Shown: positions 30,483-42,272, counted from the stretch's first letter. The stretch: DNA of 64,000 nt from an uncultured Pseudomonadales bacterium (GCA_964386355.1 CAYLQQ010000004.1:7505-71504); one strand, 5' to 3'. Notes: a model not told the origin generated them from the sequence alone. Numbers and translations are program-made.

Positions 30483-30965
30483 CTACCATCTAAAGTGTGC
30501 AAATGCTTTATTTGCCTCAGCTGCACGGTGTGTATCATCACGTTTCTTGACTGACAATCCCTGGTTATGGATAGCATCCATCATCTCAGCTGCCAATTTT
30601 GCCCCAAATGAGCGGTACTCTTTGTTTGGTCTCAATCTGGCACAGTTGACTAACCAGCGAATTGCCAAAGTTTCGCGTCTATCACCTTTGACTGGCATAG
30701 GCACCTGATACGCCGCTCCACCGATACGCCGGGAACGGACTTCAACAAGTGGTTTGATGTTATCCAAGGCCTGACGGACAATCTCGAGAGCATCATCTTT
30801 ATTCATCTTCTCAGCCATAATTTTCATGGCTTCATAGACCTGCTTTTGGGCAATAGATTTTTTACCATCACGCATAGACCGGTTGATAAGCTTGCTTAAT
30901 AGCCTACTTCCATAGATTGGATCTGGGTTGATAATTCGTTTTTTTGTTCTTCCTGAACGTGCCAT
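30483..30965 (-). CDS. rpsG: 30S ribosomal protein S7
   Basis: Position after rpsL; KRDDTHRAAEANKAFAHFRW C-terminus. Confidence 0.9.
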   Translation of the reverse strand: MARSGRTKKRIINPDPIYGSRLLSKLINRSMRDGKKSIAQKQVYEAMKIMAEKMNKDDALEIVRQALDNIKPLVEVRSRRIGGAAYQVPMPVKGDRRETLAIRWLVNCARLRPNKEYRSFGAKLAAEMMDAIHNQGLSVKKRDDTHRAAEANKAFAHFRW

Positions 30966-30988
30966 ATATTTTTACTATATATTTATTA

Positions 30989-31435
30989 CTATTTAGCCTT
31001 AGCAACTCCTTCTGCTTTGCCTGATTTGCCTCCGCGCTTGGTACCGTATTGAGATCTAGATTGCATACGGCCTTCTACTCCAAGACAGTCATATTTACCA
31101 CGGACAATATGGTACTTCACACCTGGCAAATCTTTGACACGACCACCTCTAACTAGCACCACTGAGTGCTCAGCCAGATTATGACCCTCGCCTTGGATAT
31201 ATGCTGTGACTTCCATTTTGTTGGATAAACGCACCCTGGCTACTTTACGTAAAGCGGAGTTTGGTTTTTTGGGTGTCATGGTTTTGACCACTGTACACAC
31301 ACCCCGTTTTTGAGGGTTGGTCGTTTTGACAGCTCTTCGTTTCAAACCATTAAAGGATTTGCGTAAAGCTGACGCTTTTATACGCTTGCTTGTCTGTTTT
31401 CTCGGGTTTTTTATCAGTTGGTTTATTGTCGGCAT
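30989..31435 (-). CDS. rpsL: 30S ribosomal protein S12
   Basis: [13 protein letters not shown]...[16 protein letters not shown]. Confidence 0.9.
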   Translation of the reverse strand: MPTINQLIKNPRKQTSKRIKASALRKSFNGLKRRAVKTTNPQKRGVCTVVKTMTPKKPNSALRKVARVRLSNKMEVTAYIQGEGHNLAEHSVVLVRGGRVKDLPGVKYHIVRGKYDCLGVEGRMQSRSQYGTKRGGKSGKAEGVAKAK

Positions 31436-31439
31436 ATCT

Positions 31440-34400
31440 TTATCCTTGTATAACTAATCTAGCCCGCTCCTCACTGGTCGGGATTAGACGCCCAATTATA
31501 ACGTTTTCTTTCAATCCTATCAAGTGATCTTCTCTGCCTAAAGTGGCAGCATCTGTTAAAACACTTGAAGTCTCTTGGAATGAAGATGCTGAAAGCCAGC
31601 TGTCAGTATACAGAGATGCTCTAGTAACACCAAGTAATATCTGAATCGCTGTAGCAGGCTCACCGCCTGCAGCAACAACGGCCGCATTCTCATCTTCAAA
31701 TTTGTAACGCTTTACGAGTTCTCCTGGTAAAAGTGATGTATCTCCGGTGGTTTCTACCTTTACCTTAGTAGACATTTCGCGGACAATGACTTCAAAATGC
31801 TTGTCGTTAATTGAAATACCTTGAGATTCGTATACCGCTTGCAGTTCTGTGATCAGGTATTCCTGAGCCGACCGTAATCCCTTGATGCGGAGAACTTCTT
31901 TTGGATCAGCTCCTCCTGAAGCTAAAAGGTGCCCCATTGGAATCAGCTCGCCATCTTTGACTTTAAGGGTACTAGTAAGGGGTACAGCATAGGTACGCTG
32001 ATCAACAGGTTTCTCATTCTCATTGGTAACGGTAATTGAGTAGCCTAGCTCTGTTTCATCAATTGTGACTTTTCCGGCAATCTCAGAGATGGGTGAAAAG
32101 TACTTGGGAACTCGCAACTCAAAGAGCTCTTCGACTCTTGGAAGACCCTGAGTCACGTCCTGCATTACCACACCTCCAGTATGTTTAACCCGCATAGTCA
32201 GCTGCGTACCGGGTTCTCCGATAGACTGAGCAGCAATGACTCCAACCGGTGCGCCAATCATTGCAGTCTTCTTGGTTGAAAAATCCCAACCATAACACTT
32301 CTGGCACAATCCATGAGGTGCTGTACATGTTAAAGGCGAATAAATCGCAACTTTGGTGATTTTGGTTTTTGCAATTTTATCAGCTGCTTTTTCACTAATC
32401 AACTCACCTTTTTTGACTAATATCTCGCCTGATTCGGGATTTTTAATATTTTTTGCTGCATTACGACCGACAATTCTGGTTACAAATGACTTCTCGCGGG
32501 TTTCCTCACGGATAATTTCGATGAAATCCTCTGTTTCACAATCTTCTGTTCTGATGATAACTTCATGAGACACATCTACCAAACGGCGGGTCAAGTAACC
32601 TGCATTTGCAGTCTTGACGGCTGAGTCTGTCAAACCTTTACGAGATCCACGAGCGGCTGTCACATACTCAAAGATAGACAAACCTTCACGGAAGTTTGAT
32701 TTGGTAGGCAATTCCACGATTTTACCTAAAGGATCTACAGACAAACCTCTCATTGCTGCCAGCTGCTTGACCTGATCTTTGGATGCACGGGTACCGCCTG
32801 AGTTAATCATGACTTTAACAGGATTGGTGTCTTCAAATGCATCCCAGGTTTTTTCAGCTAGGTTATCTGATGTTTCTATCCAAAGATCAATAGATAAACG
32901 TTTCTTTTCCTCGCGTGTAATCAACCCCAGCTTGTAGTTTGAATCTATTTCTTCAGCTTTTTTGTTAGCTGCAGCTATGATTTCATCTTTTTCATCTACA
33001 ATCGTACAATCCTGGACTGCGACAGACAAACCTGACAGTGTCTCAGCTTTAAACCCGAGAGCTTTGACGTTGTCAATCATAGTCATCATCTGTTCATAAT
33101 TATAGCGGTGCATCGCATCATTCATCATTGCCTTTAAAACTGATGCGTTGATAGGTTTATTTACATATTCCATATCTTCCGGCAATATCTCATTAAACCA
33201 AATTCTCCCGACAGATGTTTCCATGATCTGGCCATCAATAAATACTTTAATAGGTTGACGAAGACCAATTTTATCGTTTTGGAATGCTGTATTAGCTTCC
33301 AATGTCGATGAAAATACGGTTGATGGCGCTTTTGCACCATTTTCGAATGTAGTCAAAAAGTATACTCCCAGTACCATATTCTTATTAGGAATAGTAATAG
33401 GTGATCCATCGGCAGGTTTAAGAAGGTTTTTCTCAGGCATCATCAACGCAATGGCTTCATCCCTGGCTTCTTTTGATAGAGGTACATGCACTGCCATCTG
33501 ATCTCCATCAAAGTCAGCGTTGTATCCCGAACATACAGATGGATGCAAACGGATAGCATTACCTTCTATTAAAACTGGGAAAAATGCCTGTATACCTAGT
33601 TTATGTAGGGTTGGTGCACGGTTAAGTAACACTGGGTGATCTTTGGTGATTTCTTCCAAAATATCGTATACCTCTGGCGGACGACGCTCTAATACGTGTT
33701 TAGCTGATTTGACGTTTGGAGCTAAACCGCGCATAATAAGTTCGCGCAATACAAACGGTTTGAACATTTCTAGTGCCATGTCTTTTGGTAAACCACACTG
33801 GTTTAAAGCCAACTCAGGACCAACCACAATGACTGAACGACCTGAATAGTCAACACGTTTGCCCAAAAGGTTCTGGCGGAAACGACCCTGCTTACCCTTA
33901 AGCATTTCTGACAGTGATTTAAGCTCTTTGGTGCCGCGTCTGCGGGCTGACTGCCTGGCTTGTGAGGCATCAATAAGCGTATCAACAGCTTCCTGCAACA
34001 TGCGTTTTTCGTTACGTAAAATAATTTCCGGAGCTCCAAGATTGATTAAGTGCTTGAGCCGGTTGTTACGGTTGATGACTCTCCGGTACAAATCATTGAG
34101 ATCTGAGGTTGCAAATCTGCCACCGGACAGCTGGACCATAGGTCTTAGATCTGGTGGAATAACCGGACAGATTACCATAATCATCCAAGCAGGATCAATG
34201 CCGGCTTTTCGTAGTCCTTCAACAATCCTCAGATGTTTGATAGCTTTGATCCGTTTTTGACCCTTAGCTTCTCTTGTTACCTGACGTAATTCGCTGGCTT
34301 CTTTTTCCAGGTCAAGCTCTCTAAGTAAACGCAACACTGATTCAGCGCCCATTCCAACTTCCATAAATGTGTCGGCTTCATAATCAACCAGTTTTAAATA

Positions 34401-35141
34401 CTCGTCTTCGGATAAAACAGTTTTTACATCTATCTTTTTTACAAGTGAAGCAACTGTTTTATACACTTCTTCTGCTGTTTCTTTTTCAGATTGCAGATTT
34501 TCACGCAAACGTGATAATTCCCGTTTGGTTTTAATCGATGCTTCTTCTAGGGCTATTTTTTGCTGATCTTTCCCTTTGATTTTTCCTTTTATTTCTTCAA
34601 GTTTGGTATCAGCCTGAGCTTGAGCTGCGTTTATTTTTTCCTCAAATTGATTTTCAAGATTTTGTTTGACTTCGGCAAGTTTTACATCGAGTTGCTCAAT
34701 AACTTGTTTGCGGGTCTCGTCATTTACTGACAAAACAACGTAACGGGCAAAATAGATGACACCCGACAAGGCTCTGGGTGAGATGTCTAGCAGCAGAGAA
34801 ATTTTTGAGGGAGCTCCTTTAAAAAACCAGATGTGTGCAACCGGACAAGCCAGTTTGATATGGCCCATGCGTTCACGCCTGACCCTGGAGTTTGTTACCT
34901 CAACTCCGCACTTATCGCAAATAATACCTTTATAGCGGATACGTTTGTACTTTCCGCAGTAACATTCCCAATCTTTCGTAGGTCCAAAAATTTTCTCACA
35001 AAACAGACCATCTTTTTCAGGTTTTAGGGTCCGGTAGTTGATCGTTTCCGGTTTGGTTACCTCACCATGAGACCATGAGGCAATATCCTCAGGAGACGCA
35101 ATTTTTAGGGTTAATGTGTTAAAGTCGACTAGATTTTTCAT
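31440..35141 (-). CDS. rpoC: DNA-directed RNA polymerase subunit beta'
   Basis: Zn-finger [20 protein letters not shown] catalytic motif; 1233 aa. Confidence 0.95.
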   Translation of the reverse strand: MKNLVDFNTLTLKIASPEDIASWSHGEVTKPETINYRTLKPEKDGLFCEKIFGPTKDWECYCGKYKRIRYKGIICDKCGVEVTNSRVRRERMGHIKLACPVAHIWFFKGAPSKISLLLDISPRALSGVIYFARYVVLSVNDETRKQVIEQLDVKLAEVKQNLENQFEEKINAAQAQADTKLEEIKGKIKGKDQQKIALEEASIKTKRELSRLRENLQSEKETAEEVYKTVASLVKKIDVKTVLSEDEYLKLVDYEADTFMEVGMGAESVLRLLRELDLEKEASELRQVTREAKGQKRIKAIKHLRIVEGLRKAGIDPAWMIMVICPVIPPDLRPMVQLSGGRFATSDLNDLYRRVINRNNRLKHLINLGAPEIILRNEKRMLQEAVDTLIDASQARQSARRRGTKELKSLSEMLKGKQGRFRQNLLGKRVDYSGRSVIVVGPELALNQCGLPKDMALEMFKPFVLRELIMRGLAPNVKSAKHVLERRPPEVYDILEEITKDHPVLLNRAPTLHKLGIQAFFPVLIEGNAIRLHPSVCSGYNADFDGDQMAVHVPLSKEARDEAIALMMPEKNLLKPADGSPITIPNKNMVLGVYFLTTFENGAKAPSTVFSSTLEANTAFQNDKIGLRQPIKVFIDGQIMETSVGRIWFNEILPEDMEYVNKPINASVLKAMMNDAMHRYNYEQMMTMIDNVKALGFKAETLSGLSVAVQDCTIVDEKDEIIAAANKKAEEIDSNYKLGLITREEKKRLSIDLWIETSDNLAEKTWDAFEDTNPVKVMINSGGTRASKDQVKQLAAMRGLSVDPLGKIVELPTKSNFREGLSIFEYVTAARGSRKGLTDSAVKTANAGYLTRRLVDVSHEVIIRTEDCETEDFIEIIREETREKSFVTRIVGRNAAKNIKNPESGEILVKKGELISEKAADKIAKTKITKVAIYSPLTCTAPHGLCQKCYGWDFSTKKTAMIGAPVGVIAAQSIGEPGTQLTMRVKHTGGVVMQDVTQGLPRVEELFELRVPKYFSPISEIAGKVTIDETELGYSITVTNENEKPVDQRTYAVPLTSTLKVKDGELIPMGHLLASGGADPKEVLRIKGLRSAQEYLITELQAVYESQGISINDKHFEVIVREMSTKVKVETTGDTSLLPGELVKRYKFEDENAAVVAAGGEPATAIQILLGVTRASLYTDSWLSASSFQETSSVLTDAATLGREDHLIGLKENVIIGRLIPTSEERARLVIQG

Positions 35142-35174
35142 ATGATGTGTACAAATATGTCTTTATTACTAGAC

Positions 35175-38100
35175 CTATTCAGTACCTCCTTCCTCAGTTA
35201 CTGACTCAGATTCTCCTAATGTACTCTCATCGGGACCATTTATATCAAGCTCATCAACGCTATCTAAACCATCAGCATCATCGGTATCATCACCAGAATC
35301 ATCAGAACTGACGCTTGTGTCATCTGCCAGTACAGGAGTAGCAGCCAAAGCAGTGATATCTTCCCCTGCAGCCAAAGTGGCTACGTCTTCATCTTCCGCT
35401 TCAATTTCCATCTTCCCGCCAGCAATGACGTTAAATGATAAGCTATTTAACTCTTTAACTAAGACGTTAAATGACTCAGGTACAGTTGATTGGGGAAGAT
35501 CTGTTCCTTTGACAATAGCTTCAAACGCTTTGGAACGGCCTACCACATCATCTGATTTAATAGTCAGCATTTCCTGTAGGACATGAGCTGCACGGTGCGC
35601 TTCTAGTGCCCACACTTCCATTTCTCCTAATCTCTGTCCTCCCATCTGAGCTTTACCTCCAAGAGGCTGCTGAGTAACGAGTGAGTATGGACCGGTTGAT
35701 CTGGCGTGCATCTTATCCTCAACCATGTGAGCTAATTTCATGATGTAACCAATACCAACCATAGTTTTATTTGCAAAGGGATCACCTGTACGTCCATCAT
35801 ATAATTGAACTTTACTGTCAAGCGGTAAACCTGCTTTTTTCATTTCACCTGAAATAAACTCTTCGGATATATTCTCAAAAACAGGTAATGCAACACGGTA
35901 ACCAAGTTTCTGGGCTGCCCATCCTATCTGTGCTTCTAAAAGTTGACCCAAATTCATACGGGCTAGAACTGATAGAGGTGAAATAATAATGTCAACATGG
36001 GTACCATCTTCCAAATAGGGCATATCAGCTGCTGGGACGATACGGGAAATAACTCCCTTGTTTCCATGACGTCCTGCAAGTTTATCCCCGATAACTACCT
36101 TTCTCATCTGTGCAACCAAAATACGAATCTCTTTTATAACTCCCGGATCAAGCTCATCACCTTCTTCTCTGTCTAACACGTGGGTAGCGATGACCGTACC
36201 ATGTTCACCGTGAGGCATACGAAGTGATGTATCACGAACTTCACGGGCTTTTTCTCCAAATATAGCTCGCAGTAACCGTTCCTCTGCAGTCAGTTCTGTT
36301 TCACCTTTGGGGGCAATTTTTCCAACCAGGATATCTCCAGAACCGACGGTTGAGCCGATAGCTACAATACCGTCTTCACCCAGGTGTGCAAGATCGGTCT
36401 CACCGACATTCGGAATATCACGGGTAATTTCTTCGGGTCCTAGTTTTGTATCCATTACCTGCACCATGTGTTCACTGATATGAATTGAGGTTAAGGTGTC
36501 ATCTTTTACCAAACGGTCAGAAATTACAATACCATCTTCATATCCATGTCCATCAAATGCACCATAGGCAATGAGCAAGTTTTTACCCAAAGCCAATTCT
36601 CCCAAGTCACATGCCGGACCATCAATAAGAATATCTCCTTGTTTAATCTTCTGGCCAGTAAAGACATTGGTTGTTTGTGAATAACAGGTACTCTGAGGTG
36701 AACGGGTAAACTTTACAAGTTTGTATATGAGTGTATTATCTTTAACTCTTGTAATGTAGGGGTATATGTCCCTATTATCCTTAACTTTCTTAACATCAGT
36801 ATCAGAAACCAATAGTTCAATCCGACTCGCATCTGCATACGCTACAGTACCATCAAAATCAGCCCGGACTACCCGATGCATAGCCTCTGCTACAGCAGGC
36901 TCCATACCGGTTCCGACAATAGGAGCAGAAGGATTAACTAAAGGCACAGCTTGACATTGCATGTGCGTTCCCATCAATGCCCGGATAGCTTCATCGTGTG
37001 CTAAAAATGGAATCAAAGATGCAGAAGTACCCACAACTTGTCTGGATGCAATATCGATAAGCTGAACGGCTGTAACATCAGTTTCGATAAATTCTCCGTT
37101 ATACCTGGCTCCTACCCACTGGTCAGTAATGTATCCTTTTTCATCAATGCTTACCTCGGCATGAGTAATGTAGTAATCTTCCTCATCATCAGCAGAAATA
37201 TACACAATTTCATCTGTTATTTTCATTTTGGTATTGCTTCCGTTTTTCTCTGTAATGACCTTATGGTACGGAGCTTCTAAAAATCCGTACTCATTGACCT
37301 TGGCATACAGTGAGAGGTAGGTCACTAAACCAATGTTAGGACCTTCAGGCGACCTGACCGGATCGATTCTTGAGTACTGAGAGTGGTTAATATCCCGCAT
37401 AGAAAAGCTAGCTCTTTCTCTTGTGACTCCCCCTGAACCCATGACTGATAACCTACGCAGGTTATCGATTTCTGATAAAGGATTGGTCTGATCTAAAATT
37501 GTTGAAAGCCTGTTTCTGCGGAAAAACTCTGAAATTGCTGCTACCAAAGGCCGGGGATTAACGAGCGTGCTAGGAGTGATAAGCATGTCTGATTTGGCCA
37601 GTGACATCTTCTCACGTATAGATCTCTCAAGACGTAATAGTCCTACGCGGAATGCAACCTGGGAAACCAACTCACCAACTCGTCTCACTCTCCTGTTTGA
37701 AAGATGGTCAATATCATCAACTTTACCTTCACCATTTTGAAGTTTGATCAGATAGGCAACCGTAGCTACGATATCTTCAACTCGTAGTACATGATTGGCT
37801 TCAATATTTTCAATATCCAAATGCAGTCTTTTGTTCAGTTTGTAGCGTCCAACTCTCCCTAAATCGTACCTACGATAATCAAAAAACATGCTATGTAACA
37901 GCTGTCTGGCATTTTCTAATACAGCCGGCTCTCCTGGCCTCATCTTTTCATGGATTTCAACTAGCGCTTCTTCTTGGGTTTTTGCCGTATCTTTGTCAAT
38001 AGTTGCTTTGACATATGACTTGTCCGCATTTATATCAACATCCTTAAACGTTTCAAATAGAATTTCATCTGTAGCTAAGCCAATAGCACGCAAAAGTGTG

Positions 38101-38678
38101 GTAACCGGCAGTTTGCGATGCCTGTCAATTTTGACTGAAATTACTCCATGACGGGAAATACCGAACTCTAACCATGATCCGCGTAACGGCCTCAGCTCTG
38201 CTTGATATAGCATTTGTCCTGAGGTCGGCTCAACTGCTCCAGAAAAGAATACGCCAGGAGATCTGACTAGCTGGGAAACAACTGCACGGTCAACACCATT
38301 AATCACAAATGTACCAGCAGGAGTCATAATAGGTATATCACCTAAGAATACTTCTTGATTGACTGTCTCTCCGGTTTTTTTATTTAAAAGGGTAGCTTCA
38401 GCCCGTAGTGGGGCTTCGTAATTTAGACCCTTTTCTCTGGCCTGTTCTGGAGTCAATTTAGGTTCACCAAGAGCATGTTTGCCAAAGGAAAGAGCCCAAT
38501 TTTTACCGGTAAAATCGTCAATAGGTGATATTTCTTTGAGCCGTTCGGTGATGCCTGTTGCGATAAACTCTCTATACGAAGCTTTCTGAATTTCCAGGAG
38601 GTCTAATTGAGGAAGTGGTAAATTCTGTTTTCCTAAATATAAACGATTAGATTTGGTTAGTGCATTCATACGCAACAA
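35175..38678 (-). CDS. rpoB: DNA-directed RNA polymerase subunit beta, with an acidic D/E/S-rich C-terminal tail
   Basis: Conserved beta regions throughout. The track start is a TTG at 38678; an in-frame ATG at 38669 (MNALTK...) is the more likely start because a hairpin + T-tract ends at 38675. Confidence 0.95.
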   Translation of the reverse strand: MLRMNALTKSNRLYLGKQNLPLPQLDLLEIQKASYREFIATGITERLKEISPIDDFTGKNWALSFGKHALGEPKLTPEQAREKGLNYEAPLRAEATLLNKKTGETVNQEVFLGDIPIMTPAGTFVINGVDRAVVSQLVRSPGVFFSGAVEPTSGQMLYQAELRPLRGSWLEFGISRHGVISVKIDRHRKLPVTTLLRAIGLATDEILFETFKDVDINADKSYVKATIDKDTAKTQEEALVEIHEKMRPGEPAVLENARQLLHSMFFDYRRYDLGRVGRYKLNKRLHLDIENIEANHVLRVEDIVATVAYLIKLQNGEGKVDDIDHLSNRRVRRVGELVSQVAFRVGLLRLERSIREKMSLAKSDMLITPSTLVNPRPLVAAISEFFRRNRLSTILDQTNPLSEIDNLRRLSVMGSGGVTRERASFSMRDINHSQYSRIDPVRSPEGPNIGLVTYLSLYAKVNEYGFLEAPYHKVITEKNGSNTKMKITDEIVYISADDEEDYYITHAEVSIDEKGYITDQWVGARYNGEFIETDVTAVQLIDIASRQVVGTSASLIPFLAHDEAIRALMGTHMQCQAVPLVNPSAPIVGTGMEPAVAEAMHRVVRADFDGTVAYADASRIELLVSDTDVKKVKDNRDIYPYITRVKDNTLIYKLVKFTRSPQSTCYSQTTNVFTGQKIKQGDILIDGPACDLGELALGKNLLIAYGAFDGHGYEDGIVISDRLVKDDTLTSIHISEHMVQVMDTKLGPEEITRDIPNVGETDLAHLGEDGIVAIGSTVGSGDILVGKIAPKGETELTAEERLLRAIFGEKAREVRDTSLRMPHGEHGTVIATHVLDREEGDELDPGVIKEIRILVAQMRKVVIGDKLAGRHGNKGVISRIVPAADMPYLEDGTHVDIIISPLSVLARMNLGQLLEAQIGWAAQKLGYRVALPVFENISEEFISGEMKKAGLPLDSKVQLYDGRTGDPFANKTMVGIGYIMKLAHMVEDKMHARSTGPYSLVTQQPLGGKAQMGGQRLGEMEVWALEAHRAAHVLQEMLTIKSDDVVGRSKAFEAIVKGTDLPQSTVPESFNVLVKELNSLSFNVIAGGKMEIEAEDEDVATLAAGEDITALAATPVLADDTSVSSDDSGDDTDDADGLDSVDELDINGPDESTLGESESVTEEGGTE

Positions 38679-38680
38679 AA

Positions 38681-38703
38681 AATTCAGGGTGCCAACCTGA
38701 ATT
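38681..38703 (-). promoter_or_regulatory. leader hairpin + T-tract immediately 5' of rpoB (attenuator-like)
   Basis: Minus strand reads AATTCAGG TTGGCAC CCTGAATT TTTTGTTGCGT ATG. Confidence 0.4.
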
Positions 38704-38802
38704 CACTTTTGGTAATAGGATTATATACAGAGGAAAATCAAAATAACCTCCAGACAAACAAAAATCTTGGCCAAAATATGACCAATTTTGGGAAACTATG
38801 CA

Positions 38803-38830
38803 AGTTTACCAGAAACACAACCTATGTCAA
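38803..38830 (-). promoter_or_regulatory. candidate sigma70-type promoter for rpoB (TTGACA-16-TGGTAAACT)
   Basis: -35 at 38825-38830 and -10 at 38803-38808 on the minus strand, ~125 nt upstream of the start. Confidence 0.3.
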
Positions 38831-38983
38831 TAGGAGAATATCACAATAACCACCAGCTCATGTGTGGCAACTTGTTTCTAATATACCCAGCTTGTGTAAG
38901 TTTTGCAAGAGAATAAAATAGGAATACATCTAGGTAAAAAGAGGTACTTATTAAAGGGTTTATCCTACTATTTAACCAATAAA

Positions 38984-39997
38984 TCAAAGATATTTTGCAA
39001 TATTCTCCTGGTGTTCTTCGTACGTTTCTGAATAATGAGTTGTTCCATTTGGCTCGGATATATAGTAGAGATAATTATGTTCGTCAGGCGAAAGTACAGC
39101 CTTAATCGCCTCGAGTCCTGGATTACAAATCGGAGCCGGTGGTAACCCTGAATTGGTATAGGTATTATATGATGAATCGTAGTATTTGAGATCGTCTTGC
39201 GATACCGCAGGCCACCATTCTACACCCTCTGCCATCGAGCCTTTGTTCACTGCATTGGCTTTTGCATATTGGACAGTGGCATCTATCTGCAGGGGCATAC
39301 CAATTTTTAGGCGGTTAATTATCACAGCAGCTACTTTAGGTCTGTCCGAATCAAACTTGGCTTCTCTTTCAACAAGTGAGGCAATTATAAGAGCCTGTGA
39401 AAACGTAAGTGAATGTTTTGCAGATAATGCTCTTGTTTGATCAGGTATTTTCTGATCAAATGTGGAACGCATGAGTTCGGCTACGCCTTTTTCATCCATA
39501 GTTTTTGGTAGCAAATACGTATCGGGATAGAGATATCCATCAATATTTTTAGCAACAGTTAAAAATTCTGCGATATCAAAGGAAATACCATTTTTTTGGA
39601 ATTCTTTTTTTAGCAGCCAGGCCACTTCTTCATTACGCTTACCCTCAGGTATAGTTACCCAAAAATCTTCTTTACCTTCCGTAAGCTCTAAAGCAATTTC
39701 TTCTAATGACTGACTGGGTTTAAGTCTAAATGATCCTGCTTGTATCTTTTGGTCTATTCCTTTTTGCATGACTAGCAAACGAAAGGCTAACTGATGTTTG
39801 ATAAGATTCTTGTCTTTAAGAAGGTTTCCTATCTCAATAACTCCTGCGCCTTTTGGAATAACAAGCACTGTTTCCGCTTCAAGGTTTGGATTTATAGGCT
39901 TGTTTGCATCTATCCACCACAAATATACTCCTCCTGCAACGATTCCAAACAGAATAAATGGGGTAAACAGAACAATAAGTGCGTGTCGTTTCTTCAT
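38984..39997 (-). CDS. mltG: endolytic murein transglycosylase MltG (YceG-like)
   Basis: N-terminal TM, then YLYPDTYLLP, ASLVEREA and RLKIGMPLQIDATVQYA motifs of the YceG family. Confidence 0.75.
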   Translation of the reverse strand: MKKRHALIVLFTPFILFGIVAGGVYLWWIDANKPINPNLEAETVLVIPKGAGVIEIGNLLKDKNLIKHQLAFRLLVMQKGIDQKIQAGSFRLKPSQSLEEIALELTEGKEDFWVTIPEGKRNEEVAWLLKKEFQKNGISFDIAEFLTVAKNIDGYLYPDTYLLPKTMDEKGVAELMRSTFDQKIPDQTRALSAKHSLTFSQALIIASLVEREAKFDSDRPKVAAVIINRLKIGMPLQIDATVQYAKANAVNKGSMAEGVEWWPAVSQDDLKYYDSSYNTYTNSGLPPAPICNPGLEAIKAVLSPDEHNYLYYISEPNGTTHYSETYEEHQENIAKYL

Positions 39998-40090
39998 GCG
40001 ATTGATTATACAGATTTAGCTGTTGGTATCTAGTAGTCAGTCGTAAGATTTATACTTTATACCTGATGCATAATACTTTATACTTCGCTC

Positions 40091-40648
40091 ATGCATATTA
40101 TGCTTTTTGGAGGCTCGTTTGACCCTCCACACAACGGACACAATCAAATAGCTCATGAAGTTCTTGCAAAAAAAATTGCCAATCAGGTCTGGTTTATCCC
40201 CTGTTACTCTCACCCCTTTTCAAAATCTCTCTCCCCATCTCTCCATAGAGTACAAATGATTAGCTTCCTCACAAATGGGAGTATTTTCGTTGATGATTAT
40301 GAGGTTCAAAAAGAAGGTACAAGTTATAGTTTTGATACGCTTACGTATTTTAAAACAAATAAACCGGAACATACATTCTCATGGCTGATTGGTTCAGACC
40401 AACTAGTTAGTTTCCATAAATGGAAAAACTACAAAGAACTCTTAGGATCAACTAAGGTATACGTGTATCCAAGAGAAGGATTTCCTTTTGACCCACTGTA
40501 TGAAAACATGATTCCACTCATTGATTTTCCACTTATTACTATCTCCTCAACCATGGTGAGAGAGAGAGTAAAAAATGGAAAAGATTTTTCTGGTTTAGTA
40601 CCGAAGGAAGTAGAAGAGTATATTTTTGAAAATGAAATGTATAAATAA
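40091..40648 (+). CDS. nadD: nicotinate-nucleotide adenylyltransferase
   Basis: LFGGSFDPPHNGH and ISSTMVRE. Confidence 0.8.
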   Translation: MHIMLFGGSFDPPHNGHNQIAHEVLAKKIANQVWFIPCYSHPFSKSLSPSLHRVQMISFLTNGSIFVDDYEVQKEGTSYSFDTLTYFKTNKPEHTFSWLIGSDQLVSFHKWKNYKELLGSTKVYVYPREGFPFDPLYENMIPLIDFPLITISSTMVRERVKNGKDFSGLVPKEVEEYIFENEMYK

Positions 40649-40697
40649 GCTTAATACTTAATGTTCAATTGAAAGTCAAATCATTTATACTTCCCTT

Positions 40698-41441
40698 ATG
40701 AGTAATGAAATAAACAGAATCACCACTTGGATACAAACTACCCTTCAAAAAACTGGTAAACCTAACATGATTATCGGAGTTTCTGGTGGGATTGATTCAG
40801 CAGTGTCACTAACCCTGTGCGTCAAAGCACTCGGAAGCAATACTGTATTCCCAATCCTGCTTCCATATGGTGACCAGGATATATTAGACAATATGGAAAT
40901 TTGTAGGCATAACCTGATTCCTTCAAAAAATATACAGGTTATCAATATACAAGAAGCAGCTGATAGATTAGTTTCCCAGCTTGGTATTCCAGAGTATGAC
41001 CGAGTCCGAAAAGGGAATATCATGGCACGTCTACGCATGATCATCCTGTTTGACCAAGCTAAAAAATTGGATGCACTCGTTTGTGGAACTGAAAATAAAT
41101 CTGAAAAGTATTTGGGATACTACACCCGCTTTGGTGATGGAGCATCGGATCTAGAACCTATCCAGCATCTGTACAAAACACAAGTCTGGGCATTGGCTAA
41201 GGAGTTTGGAGTTCCTCAACACTTAATAGATAAGGTGCCGACTGCTGGCCTGTGGCAAGACCAAACCGATGAGAAAGAGTTGGGCTTTAGCTATCAGGAA
41301 GCTGATATGGTTTTACGGCAATATATTGATCAAAATAAGAAAGCTAAAGAAATCGAAGGAGTATCAAATGAAATTGTTGAAAAGATAATTAAACAGATTG
41401 AAAGCCAACGGTTTAAGCAAGAAGTGCCCTATCATTTATAA
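40698..41441 (+). CDS. nadE: NH3-dependent NAD+ synthetase
   Basis: IGVSGGIDSAV PP-loop; adjacent to nadD. Confidence 0.85.
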   Translation: MSNEINRITTWIQTTLQKTGKPNMIIGVSGGIDSAVSLTLCVKALGSNTVFPILLPYGDQDILDNMEICRHNLIPSKNIQVINIQEAADRLVSQLGIPEYDRVRKGNIMARLRMIILFDQAKKLDALVCGTENKSEKYLGYYTRFGDGASDLEPIQHLYKTQVWALAKEFGVPQHLIDKVPTAGLWQDQTDEKELGFSYQEADMVLRQYIDQNKKAKEIEGVSNEIVEKIIKQIESQRFKQEVPYHL

Positions 41442-42014
41442 ATCTTTAACAAATAACAAGCTTTGATAATTTTTTATCCCTAACAAATCCATCGGCATAC
41501 TCACGCAGGCTCTACGAAAACCATGTCTGCTGTGAAATAGGAGTGAGGGGCAATTTGTAACAGATCCAAAAACAACAATTGAGAAAATTTTCTGATAGTC
41601 TTGTTTTTTTAACTCTCTAATCGTATGGATTAATAGTCGCGAAGCAATACCCTTTTCTTTTTGGTCGCTTTTAACTGCAATTGTATGTAACACAGTTGAA
41701 CGAGGATCATTGAAATAGTTTTCTTTTAAACCCTCTTCCATCCAAATAATATTGTCAGCTTCTTGAGGAAAATATATTTCTTTATTGATATCAATGAATC
41801 CCAAGACAACGTTACTTTCATCCCATACAAAAAATGAGGTATCGTTTGTTATTCTGCTACCAAATTCATTCTTTGTTTCCAAATCTAAAAGGAAACCTTG
41901 CTTTTGAACAGTTGTGGTATATGTTGGATCACCAGTTTGTGTTGTGTCCAAAATATATGAGCTGTGTATTTGCCAAATTTGATCAATGTCGGATGGTATT
42001 GCTTTTCGTATCAT
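41436..42014 (-). CDS. GNAT-family N-acetyltransferase
   Basis: Motif A-like HTIAVKSDQKEKGIASRLL. Confidence 0.5.
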   Translation of the reverse strand: MIRKAIPSDIDQIWQIHSSYILDTTQTGDPTYTTTVQKQGFLLDLETKNEFGSRITNDTSFFVWDESNVVLGFIDINKEIYFPQEADNIIWMEEGLKENYFNDPRSTVLHTIAVKSDQKEKGIASRLLIHTIRELKKQDYQKIFSIVVFGSVTNCPSLLFHSRHGFRRACVSMPMDLLGIKNYQSLLFVKDL

Positions 42015-42055
42015 ATATTATAGATGTTAGCTAAAAGCTGACAGCTATAAGTCTT

Positions 42056-42268
42056 TTACTTCACTTCTTCAAACAATGCACGTCGATATCCCCGCTCTTC
42101 TTTGACAAAAATCCGCCCACACCCGCATTTGATAAGATCAACGCTGTTTCCTTCTACTTTCATGCCCTGACTCAAGGACCTACCACAGCCAACACACTGG
42201 CCGTTTTTGAGAAGCAGTTTCTGGACTGGACCAATCAACTTTTTGAACATACCTACTATTATGAACAA
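42056..42268 (-). CDS. small zinc-ribbon protein (hypothetical)
   Basis: 70 aa with CVGCG...CGCG cysteine pairs. Confidence 0.3.
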   Translation of the reverse strand: MFIIVGMFKKLIGPVQKLLLKNGQCVGCGRSLSQGMKVEGNSVDLIKCGCGRIFVKEERGYRRALFEEVK

Positions 42269-42272
42269 ATCT

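Noticed and set aside
33643-35027. Several 60-130-aa ORFs inside rpoC/rpoB on the plus strand
   Set aside because: Antisense to RNA polymerase genes; long genes always throw up shadow ORFs
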